From the NCBI GenBank assembly GCA_905178155.1, contig CAJINV010000004.1, positions 1-64,000 of the forward strand: a stretch of DNA of 64,000 nucleotides. Direction: 5' to 3'. The notes beneath the pieces are model-generated. The model saw only the letters and a list, made by a program, of their open reading frames with translations, searched no databases and was not told where the DNA came from. Within the stretch, counting starts at the first letter, position 1. Each line of letters opens with the position of its first letter. The DNA comes from Amoebophrya sp. A120. Lineage: Eukaryota; Protista; Dinoflagellata. Of this stretch, positions 1-9,284 are shown in pieces. Made by a program: the position numbers and the translations under genes.

Positions 1-7
1 CGCGAAA

Positions 8-3000
8 GTGGCGTTGTTTTGGCTTCTGAATCCAACCGCACGGGAAGATCCAGAATGGAAAGCGAAGTTCACTCAAATGGGTAAGGAGCTGGCAGAAATG
101 GTGGATGACGACCAAGCCTTCGAAGATGAAGCCGAGATGGAAGGGAAAATTTCAGCGGTGCGAAAACTTGGCGCGCCGCAATGCGAAGACGCAGGGCTGC
201 AAACCGCGCTCCTGTGTGTGGACCCCGAAGGACCAGATGCACATGTCGCCACAAACGGCAGGGTCCGCAGCTTGTGTTGGGCAAACACCACCCACGCCTG
301 TGTGCGGGCGGCGAAGAACGAAAAGAAGCAAAAAACCAGTAGCAGTTCTAGCAGCGCCGGCGCCCAGAAGCCGAAGGAGGAGGAAAGCAAAATCAAGCCC
401 ACCTACGGCGGACGCGGCAGGGTGGACTGGGAAGAAATTTTCGATGAACCGACAGCGGTGATTCGCCCAAAGCGCCTCTACACCAAGCGCGACGTGCAGG
501 TCAAGTCGGGGCATGAGTACTTCAACTATGTGCTTGATGTGGAAGTCACGCAGGGCGGAAAAACAGAAAAGATCACGCGCTGGATCGGCCGGAATAAGTA
601 CAAGAAGCTCGACAAAAATCTATCCGACGAGCAGGCTACAAAAATGGCTTACGAGGAGGCGCTTGCGTTTTTGCGGAAAGCCGTTGGCTTGCGGTGGGCA
701 GAGGAGCAGAAGCAGCTCGAGCACGGATACCACGGGGACGTAAACCATAACTTCATTATCCTCGATCCGATTGCAAGCGAAACGAACAACCCGGTCCCGC
801 AATTCGCAAACGACTTCACCTGCCGCAATGTGATGTTCAAAGACCAAAACTACTGCGACAACTACCTGATTCTGCGCGAAACAGTCAACTGCACTTACGC
901 ACGCTGCAGGGGTCACGGCGACGTCGTGCTGCACAAGCCCTCAGAAAACGACGATTTTACGCCGCTGCACGATGTTGGCGTCCCTGTGGAAAGCGAGTTG
1001 AAGTGGACAACAGCAAATAAAGAGCTCCATGAAAAAGTTGCTCTTCCGCTCCTGCAGCGCTGGTTTGGTAAACAGGCCGCAGACGGCGATGACATTCCCT
1101 CCGGAGACTCCAAGCCCGACGGGGAGAAAGCCGTGCCGCCGCTGCCACAGGAAAATCTGATTCCGCGCGAGGAGGGAGTACAAGCCAGTCCCGCTGCTGT
1201 GCAACAGCAGGCTGCCGCAAACGAGCCTGCGCAGCCTAAGCCGCATGAAGAACCCGCTGCACCTGCGCCACAGGAAAAACGGCAACCCGACGCCGAGGCA
1301 CAGGTCGAGGACCTTGCGCAGGAAGAGCAGGCAGAAAGCGATACTCCGGCAGATAAAATTTACAAGTACAATTACCGCGGACACCGTGTCCCGGACGAGT
1401 TTGTTTTCAAAACAGCAACCGAGGGGCAGAAATATTCCGACCCGTTCCCACCGATGAAGACGAAAAACACCTTCTTTGTCGCAGGGATAAACGCCGGCTC
1501 GGATGACCTGCACTTTGGCGGCGCAGGCTTGAACAAACGCTTCCAGGAGGTCCTCGGAGATAAGAAAACCAGCACCCTCTGGGACGTCGCAGCGCAGAAA
1601 AAATTCCACATCGAGCTCGAGAAAAAGCTGCTCGCGCAACCAGGTGAAGTGTTCTCCTGCGACGACAAGGAATTCCTCGAAAAATTCAGCAAGCGGTTTG
1701 CGGTCGGGATTGCAACAGGAGGTAAATCGCGAACAGCAACAGTCTTCCTGTCTGCAGAAAAATCAGACCGGTTCCGCGTCATGGTCTACGCCGTTGGCCC
1801 ACGCGGAGAAATTTGCTCGAAAGAAAGCTTCTTGGCAGGAATACGGCTTACGACAAAGCATATTGTGAACGTGATCCACCACTATAACGACTACGCGCAG
1901 CGGAAGATCAAAACAGTACGGATGCCACTTTTGTCGGGCGGGCTCTACCGCAAACCGCGAACCAGCCCGGCGAAAATCGCAGATGCGATTCTGGAAACGT
2001 TCCTTGAAGAGTACAGCAAAATTGAAAAGAAAAACCGCTTCACCGTCGAGTTCGCCATCGCAGAAAATGCGTTCTCCGAGGCCTATCGTGAAAACAGGGA
2101 GATCATCGTCAGCAAGAACGCCAAGTCGGTGTGTTCTCTTGGCGCAGGCGCGGTCCGTGCGGCAAGCAAAAAGAAAAAGAAACCGCTGCTACCGGACTTT
2201 GGCCTCGACTTTGGCGATGAAATCGACCTCAGTCTCTTCCCCGTCGAAAGCAACCTGCAGCAGGACGAGGAAATAGAAGCGGGCGGCCATACGCTACAGG
2301 AATCACTTGAACCGCTCATCTACGAAGCGGTCGACACCGAGCAGGAAAGAATACTACGATCGCTGCCCGAGATGTTAAATGCTGGTCGGCTGTTCTCTGT
2401 GCCAGCTGCGCAGGGAAACGAGCCCACCGTCGTCGGGTACGTGCAAACGGGAATTTGCCTTGTGGTTAGCAAATCGCACACGAAAATCACCAGCATCTTC
2501 GGCCTCCCGCAAACCAACAGTGCCATCACAGTGCCGGCGCGTTTCGCGCACAAAGCAGTTCTGGTACTCGCCAAGGAGCTCGAGGATGGAGACCCAACAA
2601 ACGCATCCACGGCGCGAAACATCGAGGCGTCGTGCTTTCTAAACGGGCTTTTCCGCAACAGCGTCGTGCAGCACCAGAAAAACTGCAAGCAGTTCGGCTT
2701 TATGTGCCAGCATCTTTCGGGAAACGAAGAGGAGCTGACGGCGGCGCAGAAGCGACAAACGGCGGTCTTGAAGAACTTCACCATTTGTGCGGGTGTCATG
2801 CTGTACAAGGGAAAAATCTATATTCCGCGAGTAGAGCTCGAGATCGACAGTAAATTCTTCAACAACAAAACGCGTATGAGAATCTACGTCGTTGTGCGCG
2901 TCCACAGGAGGTGGGCGCTGCACAGTAAAATCAGAAGAACCAAGCAAATGGTAAAGGAGTACTTCAACTGGCCGGGGCTGCAGGAAACCGTCGAACTGGT

Positions 3001-4183
3001 AGTGAAAACCTGCGTGCAGTGCCGACTGAAACATGCCGCAGAAGAGCCCATCGCTGCGTACACGCCGAATCGCCAGCCAAAAAGGCTGTTCCAAAGCTTT
3101 GTCTTCGACCACATCACGGACTTACCAGAAAGCGAAGACGGGTACAAAAACATCCTCCGCGTCCGAGAAAAACTAGTCGACCTTGGCTGGCTGATACCAA
3201 CAAAAACGAGGGAGCCACAGGAAGCTTGGGATGAGATGTGGAAGTTCGTCTGGGCGCAAGTAGGCTGCCCGGACGACACGGCCGCGGACAACGCGTTCAA
3301 TTCACTTGTCGCGTCCTTTGCGGACATGGGCACACTGCACAACCACGGTAGAGCAAACGAGCCACGCGACCAGAACCAGGCGGAGCGACCGAATAAGGAG
3401 GAGAAAGACCGCCTGTTCAAAGTGTGCTCGCGCTTCCCCAAGACGTGGCCGAGAATTCTTCCTCTGCTGCAGCTGATCGACAGAAACGCGCCCCGACGCA
3501 AACTGAACGGGCGCTCCCCTGCAGAAGCCTCCTGCGGACAGAAACTCTGCCTTCCCAACGCGCAGATCTTCTCCGCCCTCCACCAAGGACGCGCGAACCG
3601 CGACGAAGTGATGGAGTCGCTGCGAGAATTCCGAGATGGGATTGTGGAAAATGCAGAGAAGCACAGCATTGACAGCGCGCTTTCAGCACTAAACCGCCGG
3701 GGCACGCTAGCGAAAACGGAGATCTGCGCGGGAGACTTGGTAATAAAAAGGAGTGACGCGACAAGCAAACCGACGCTGCAGTATGGCCCAGACCCCGAAA
3801 AGGCAAAGGTCTGGATCGTAGATGAAGTTGTCGGCGAAACAACACTCAAGCTAACGGCAGCGGCCTCAATCCCGGTAGTAATCGACGGCGAGGAAGTTGT
3901 GATCAACAGCAGCAGCGACAAGCTACCGGAGGAAGAGCGGCTGCAAACGGCAACAGGCTCGGCAAGGCAATTTATCAAGCTATGGCTGGACGAGTACATC
4001 AAAATTTTCAGCAATCCGAAAAAAGTCGGCAACCAAGAGGTCTTCGGCGTAAATGTATTGAACGGGAAATTTATCATTCGGGAGGAGACGGACATCGAGC
4101 AACTCGGTAAAACCAGGCACAAGATCGACAAGAAGTACACGTACCTCGAGAAATACTTGCCCCTGAAGGCGGACTTCATCTAA
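8..4183 (+). CDS. Macro-domain + Gypsy/Ginger-type DDE integrase fusion protein (probably 5'-truncated by the window)
   Basis: 1391-aa uninterrupted ORF. Macro motifs: VAGINAGSDDLHFGGAGL, VYAVGP, MPLLSGGLY. Integrase zinc finger: VH..ALH..YFNWPGL..CVQC. rve core: FQSFVFDHITDLP, GCPDDTAADNAF, QAERPNK. GPY/F-like module: GDLV..LQYGP. No RT YxDD or RNase H seen. Confidence 0.85.
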   Translation: MALFWLLNPTAREDPEWKAKFTQMGKELAEMVDDDQAFEDEAEMEGKISAVRKLGAPQCEDAGLQTALLCVDPEGPDAHVATNGRVRSLCWANTTHACVRAAKNEKKQKTSSSSSSAGAQKPKEEESKIKPTYGGRGRVDWEEIFDEPTAVIRPKRLYTKRDVQVKSGHEYFNYVLDVEVTQGGKTEKITRWIGRNKYKKLDKNLSDEQATKMAYEEALAFLRKAVGLRWAEEQKQLEHGYHGDVNHNFIILDPIASETNNPVPQFANDFTCRNVMFKDQNYCDNYLILRETVNCTYARCRGHGDVVLHKPSENDDFTPLHDVGVPVESELKWTTANKELHEKVALPLLQRWFGKQAADGDDIPSGDSKPDGEKAVPPLPQENLIPREEGVQASPAAVQQQAAANEPAQPKPHEEPAAPAPQEKRQPDAEAQVEDLAQEEQAESDTPADKIYKYNYRGHRVPDEFVFKTATEGQKYSDPFPPMKTKNTFFVAGINAGSDDLHFGGAGLNKRFQEVLGDKKTSTLWDVAAQKKFHIELEKKLLAQPGEVFSCDDKEFLEKFSKRFAVGIATGGKSRTATVFLSAEKSDRFRVMVYAVGPRGEICSKESFLAGIRLTTKHIVNVIHHYNDYAQRKIKTVRMPLLSGGLYRKPRTSPAKIADAILETFLEEYSKIEKKNRFTVEFAIAENAFSEAYRENREIIVSKNAKSVCSLGAGAVRAASKKKKKPLLPDFGLDFGDEIDLSLFPVESNLQQDEEIEAGGHTLQESLEPLIYEAVDTEQERILRSLPEMLNAGRLFSVPAAQGNEPTVVGYVQTGICLVVSKSHTKITSIFGLPQTNSAITVPARFAHKAVLVLAKELEDGDPTNASTARNIEASCFLNGLFRNSVVQHQKNCKQFGFMCQHLSGNEEELTAAQKRQTAVLKNFTICAGVMLYKGKIYIPRVELEIDSKFFNNKTRMRIYVVVRVHRRWALHSKIRRTKQMVKEYFNWPGLQETVELVVKTCVQCRLKHAAEEPIAAYTPNRQPKRLFQSFVFDHITDLPESEDGYKNILRVREKLVDLGWLIPTKTREPQEAWDEMWKFVWAQVGCPDDTAADNAFNSLVASFADMGTLHNHGRANEPRDQNQAERPNKEEKDRLFKVCSRFPKTWPRILPLLQLIDRNAPRRKLNGRSPAEASCGQKLCLPNAQIFSALHQGRANRDEVMESLREFRDGIVENAEKHSIDSALSALNRRGTLAKTEICAGDLVIKRSDATSKPTLQYGPDPEKAKVWIVDEVVGETTLKLTAAASIPVVIDGEEVVINSSSDKLPEEERLQTATGSARQFIKLWLDEYIKIFSNPKKVGNQEVFGVNVLNGKFIIREETDIEQLGKTRHKIDKKYTYLEKYLPLKADFI

Positions 4184-4583
4184 ACTAGCGCGGTCCTCTT
4201 CTTCTGGCAACTGCAAGACGAAAATTTTTTCCTTTTTCTTTTGTGTTTTGTATTTCGATAGTAAATTACGGGTACATAATACGATCCTGTACAGAAAATA
4301 CCGATATGAACGTAAATTTTTCGTTGTTCTCTCTACAAGAGCAAGGTTATGCCATGATCTCAGTGTATAAAAACCAACTTCTCTTCCGAAGCAAAAACTC
4401 CGCAAGCGAAGCGAGCTGCAATATCGTTTGTGTCAATGGAAAAAAAAAAAAATATTCTCGAATAGAAAGTGTGGCGCGAAAAGCCTTGTCCACCTGTGCG
4501 ATGTTGAACACAAAATCATAATCTGATCCAGTAGCACGCAAACTGCCTCTTTTCTTTCACACAAATAAAAGCAAATAAGAGAA

Positions 4584-4740
4584 AGATGCTACGCGTTCGT
4601 AAATTGCACACAAAATGTAGAGCTCTCCCGCAAATACGCGATTATCATAGATGCTACGCGTTCGTAAATTGCACCCAAAAAATGTAGAGCCCCGCAGCAA
4701 AAGCGAATAAATAGATGCTACGCGATCGTAAATTGTAAAT
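4584..4740. repeat. Three ~64-bp-period direct repeats (AGATGCTACGCG(T/A)TCGTAAATTG)
   Basis: Copies start at 4584, 4649 and 4713, just downstream of the integrase ORF. Confidence 0.85.
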
Positions 4741-5084
4741 TACACGTCGATCCCGCTGCGGCAAAAATGCCATGCAGCTGCAAGCACGATATAAATGGGG
4801 TCCTACCAAGCAATTTATGTAAAAAAATAAAATCAAACAAGTAGGTAGCTCTCAAACGAAGCTCTTCTTTCATGTACAAATAAATCTGGGTCCTTGCAAC
4901 AGAGCGCCGTCGCGACGCCGCCCAGGCCAAAAAATGCCTGCGGTGAACGCAACACAGCTTGCAAGAAAACTCCATGCAAACTGCCACTTATGCAAATTTT
5001 CCACACAGGGATTATAAAATTAACACTGCTAAAGTATATTAATAAATAAACCGTCCTTCACACCTCCACGTCCAAAGCCGCAAA

Positions 5085-5600
5085 ATGGGTGACTTGCAGC
5101 AGCAGCCGACCATCAAGGACAAGAACAAGGGGAAGAGCGGCTCCGCGGACCAGGACAAGTCCAAGAAGAAGACGAAAATGACCAAAGTCCAGGGTGCCGC
5201 GGCCTCGTCCAAGCACAACCCCAACGAGTCGGAGAAAGAGAAATCGTCGGACATGGACCTGGCGGGAGCTGCCCACGCGGGCACGGCCTTGTTGGCCAGC
5301 AAAAAGGACAAGGGCCTGATTGAAAAGGAGAAGGACAGGTTGATGGAGGAGCAGGAATCGTCCCAGGCGGAAGCGGACAACACCAATGGAGAATGGGATG
5401 AAAGCGAATGGCGCCTGCAATACGATCAGTGGAGATCAGACGGCCATGAGCAACGTGAATTCTACCATAAAACGTTATGGAGTAAGAGAATTTATTTTCT
5501 CAAAAAGTTCTATAGAACCGAAAAACAGTTGACTCAGGCCGAAGAAAACGAAACTTTAACGGGTCTCGAAAAAATTAAAAATCTGATCGGAACTCCATGA
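5085..5600 (+). CDS. Hypothetical Lys/Glu-rich protein (171 aa)
   Basis: ATG in AAAATG context, GC-rich codon-like 5' part, AT-rich flanks. No homology recognised. Confidence 0.5.
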   Translation: MGDLQQQPTIKDKNKGKSGSADQDKSKKKTKMTKVQGAAASSKHNPNESEKEKSSDMDLAGAAHAGTALLASKKDKGLIEKEKDRLMEEQESSQAEADNTNGEWDESEWRLQYDQWRSDGHEQREFYHKTLWSKRIYFLKKFYRTEKQLTQAEENETLTGLEKIKNLIGTP

Positions 5601-6612
5601 GGACAAATCTATTAATGAAAAATAAGGCTGTTTTTTTTTGTTTTGTAAATGTGAAAGTAAATGCTCAACCGCTCCTTCGGGAAGCACCTGGGCACGAAAT
5701 CGCACCTGTAGAAACTACATCTATTTGTCGAAGTCTATTGCGGAATTTCACCATTACAAAATAGGAGTAAGCAAACTGTTTGTCATGTTCCTCTGCCAGA
5801 ACATTAAATCGGCCACATAACTGCACAAGGCGATTAGATAATGAAAAAGTAAGGCTTTTGCAACTTCATACACTATACGCTCTCTGTGATATGTAAAAAG
5901 CAGAGCGTTAATGTAAAAATAAAAAATAAAACCATAAAAAAGTAAAAAACAGGTAAGAAAACCCATAAAAAAAAATACTGCTTCTACACAGGCACCCGCA
6001 GTGCAACTTTTACTTCTCGAATACGGAAGTCAGGTGTTACTACAAATCGGTTCGTGCTTGTGTTTCGTTTTTTACTGAAAACAATAGCAAATAGCAATAG
6101 TCACCCCTTCTTGTTGCCACGCGGTGCTTATGCATGAAACCATGCACCGCTTGTGGTTGTCATTGGGGCAGAAAAAGTGGAAGCGTAACTACTGAACCTC
6201 CCCACAGTAGTGCTACAGAGAAAAGTAAGTATCTTAGCGTCGCTGCGTCTTCCAACATAAGTGAAAACTACAAATTACCCCTGTATTTGAAAGCGGTGCT
6301 GTCGCAAAACCGCGTGCGCCGTGGAATCATACAGGCAGAAAAGCGCATAGCTGGCGTTCGGCGGCAGGCAAAGCACACCTGCAGCCAGCCTTCGGCAGTG
6401 CAATAGCCAAACCGAAGTACGAAGTTTGTCAGTAGAGAGAGAGAACACAAGCTAGAAGACAACAAAAATTAGCGGCAGAAACAAAACTTGTATCATTGCG
6501 TCTTTGTTGTGTTTCGTAAAATCCTCGTGCTCCACCAAATTTTTTTGAACAGCGACGACTCCGTGCACAAACATTTTTTGCTTTATCTGTTGTACAGTAG
6601 GCGAGTCACAAA

Positions 6613-7098
6613 ATGTCCGACACTATCACGAAATATGTGGATTTGTATAGCGACAAGTACGATAACAAAAATTTAGACTACTACCGTGAAAGCACTGCTC
6701 AAACTCTCTTACCTTACTCGCTAGAGGAGCGCGCAAGTTATCGTAAGCAAATAGTAGAACAGAGCGAGAAGATCTCCAAACTGCGCCTCGAAAAGGACTA
6801 TCTGAAAAAGCAGAACGGCGAGGTGTGCGCAGCGAACGAGGAACTCGGCAAGCTGCTCGACCCTCCTAGTTTTAGTTCTGGTATGCTACCGCCAACGGCG
6901 GTGATAGGTAACTTAGAACGCGAGCTGCACTATGCAAAACAGCTGCTCACAAAGTTAGGCCGCGCTCGCTACTTCAACGAGCACGAAGACCTTGTGTACA
7001 AGGTGGAGAAATTTGTAGACGAGAAATTCACGCACCGAAGCCACTTCGGCACGCCGCCCTTGCAAACCACTTTCAACACCTTCGGTGAACCCCACTAG
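6613..7098 (+). CDS. Hypothetical coiled-coil protein (161 aa)
   Basis: AAAATG start, protein-like composition, heptad-like segment QIVEQSEKISKLRLEKDYLKKQ. Confidence 0.5.
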   Translation: MSDTITKYVDLYSDKYDNKNLDYYRESTAQTLLPYSLEERASYRKQIVEQSEKISKLRLEKDYLKKQNGEVCAANEELGKLLDPPSFSSGMLPPTAVIGNLERELHYAKQLLTKLGRARYFNEHEDLVYKVEKFVDEKFTHRSHFGTPPLQTTFNTFGEPH

Positions 7099-7110
7099 GC
7101 TACAAGTGCG

Positions 7111-8208
7111 ATGCTAAGTTTCCTCTTAGAGAGACAAGTGACTTTGTTACAACAAGAAATATACAAAATACTAATACTACGTAATTTTCTTTTTCTTTTT
7201 CAAAACAACATTCCGGTCCCGCCGCAGCGAACCGCAACAGCGACGGGCCGACAAATGCGAACTTACACTCCCACAACTAAACCGCGACTCGCAGAGCAGA
7301 AGACTAGGAACCGCTGCAACCTCGCGAGCCGCAAAGTGCAGTACTCCGACACGTGCTGGGTGCTGGACAACCTGATCGAAAGCCCCGGCGTCGGAACCGA
7401 TTGGACTTCAAGTGACGAATTGTACTACGCGCTCGAGGAAATCGCGCTCCGCGAGAAACGGGGTGCATCAACGATTTTCCGAGCGACACGCAGGGGCCCG
7501 GACACGGAAATTTCAACGTCGCTTCGGCAATTTTCAAATCCGATCCGTGGTGCATGGCAAAAACCAAAAACTACCGAGTGGCAGTTGTTACAGTCAGCGA
7601 CGGATTTGAAAACTATCTTGAAATTTTCTCGTGAGCCGGTCCTACTGCAAATAGCACGTGCGGGACCAAGCCCAGCACCACTGAAGCAAGTCTACTTCGC
7701 ATTCGAAATCGAAACGATCACGACGAAAGCAGCCCTGCAAATAGTCGCAAGCCTATACGTGGCGGCACGCGCGGCCGAAGCGCAGGCGGTGAAAGAAGTC
7801 TTCTTCCTCCGCGAGGTCGAACAACAAGTAAGCGACGCGATCCTGCACCCAGAACACAAACAGCCTCCGCTCGAGACCTGGCTGCAGAAATACCCGATCT
7901 TCTTCCGCCACTACTGCAAACTCCCCCTCTTCTTCAACGCCGATGTCAAGCGACACCGAAATCTTCAAGATCGATCCGGAATTCGCGGGTCACGCGCAAA
8001 CCCCTGGCGCACAACAAACCGCACCAAGCCCCGGGCCGCATTCGACCATGCAGCGACGAATGCCGCAACCGCTGCTGCCAGCTGGGTCAGCAAGTCAGCA
8101 GGGACAACCCGGAGCGGTGCCTGTGCACCAAGGCGGAAAAATACCAGGAAATCCGGTCGACGTGGAGTACATGAAAATGTGGTATCCCGAAACGGCTGGC
8201 AAGATTGA
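7111..8208 (+). CDS. Hypothetical protein; 3' part overlaps 7943-8479 in another frame and may be spurious
   Basis: Long ORF. The central part looks protein-like, but the boundaries are uncertain. Confidence 0.3.
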   Translation: MLSFLLERQVTLLQQEIYKILILRNFLFLFQNNIPVPPQRTATATGRQMRTYTPTTKPRLAEQKTRNRCNLASRKVQYSDTCWVLDNLIESPGVGTDWTSSDELYYALEEIALREKRGASTIFRATRRGPDTEISTSLRQFSNPIRGAWQKPKTTEWQLLQSATDLKTILKFSREPVLLQIARAGPSPAPLKQVYFAFEIETITTKAALQIVASLYVAARAAEAQAVKEVFFLREVEQQVSDAILHPEHKQPPLETWLQKYPIFFRHYCKLPLFFNADVKRHRNLQDRSGIRGSRANPWRTTNRTKPRAAFDHAATNAATAAASWVSKSAGTTRSGACAPRRKNTRKSGRRGVHENVVSRNGWQD

Positions 8209-8479
8209 AAAAGAGTTGGACGACAAGCAGGAACAGATCGCGAAATTGCAAGAGCAGGTCGAGCTGCACAAGCAGACGTCGCAGAAATTGACCCAGGCGC
8301 TGCATTCGATGGCAAGCCAGCAAATTCGAATGCAAACGCACGGGAAGATGCTTCAGCAAGAAATGCTGCAACTGTTCTATGACGATAAGATTACTAAAGA
8401 TGACTGTAAAGCAAATCCCTTGCTCCTCGACTGCTTATACAGCCAAATCTGGTATGAGTACTTTGATTACAACATTTAG
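7943..8479 (+). CDS. Hypothetical Gln-rich coiled-coil protein (178 aa)
   Basis: ORF with coiled coil KIEKELDDKQEQIAKLQEQVELHKQ, followed by AT-rich DNA. Confidence 0.5.
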   Translation: MSSDTEIFKIDPEFAGHAQTPGAQQTAPSPGPHSTMQRRMPQPLLPAGSASQQGQPGAVPVHQGGKIPGNPVDVEYMKMWYPETAGKIEKELDDKQEQIAKLQEQVELHKQTSQKLTQALHSMASQQIRMQTHGKMLQQEMLQLFYDDKITKDDCKANPLLLDCLYSQIWYEYFDYNI

Positions 8480-9284
8480 TTTTAAAAAAATTTTTTTTCG
8501 TCTTTTCAAGTAGTAGAAAACTTTTTTCTTCAAACGGGGGGATGGATGTAGCGACGGGTGTCCATAGAAACCGTCTGTACACCATTCTCACCGTGTTCGA
8601 AGCGCAAAATAGCATTACAGATTTGCGAGGACAACATGAAAAGATCTTTTCTCCGCAACAACAAATTCCATTCAACAATAAAAATGAAGTAGATCACGAA
8701 AATCTTCTTGTGTACGAAAAAATGTAGCAACAATTTTCCAACACTAGAAATTGTAATCCGGACTTCATAGCACGCGAAATTGGCGAGGCAAAACAGTGAT
8801 GATGAATTTGTGCTGCTTCCAAAAACCATTTTGAACCCAAAAACAGTTAGGAAGTTTGAGACTACGACGTGCCGCAAACTGCATTGAGCACGCCTGTAAA
8901 TCTTGAAGTGCAACATCTGTGACAAAGCTTGAAAGTAAAACTACAATTGTGAATTCTTGTTCTCTGTGAAATCATCTTCGCGAGAAACTTGCATTCTGTG
9001 TTCCACTAAGCACTTTTGCTACAGCCAGTTGCGTGGTTTTATTCCCGCCGCGTGTATATTTCCCCGCCCGGGCAGCTCTTCGACTCCTGCGTAAGCGTAT
9101 TGAGTACGAAAAGCGATCAACCATGCGAAGAAGTTCCGCCCTTCAGACGTAGTTCTTCTGTTGCTGGAGCTGGGTGTCCTTCCGTCCCTGGAGGTGGTGC
9201 TGTTGTAACTCAAGAACTGGTGGCCCCGTAAGTCTACTATACTACTTGCGTTATTTCTACGCAGGTAAGCACTATCGTATCACT

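Noticed and set aside
2884-4179. 431-aa minus-strand ORF
   Set aside because: Antisense shadow of the integrase ORF, with no independent motifs.
8-4183. Complete LTR retrotransposon pol
   Set aside because: No RT, RNase H or protease motifs and no LTR pair visible in the window.
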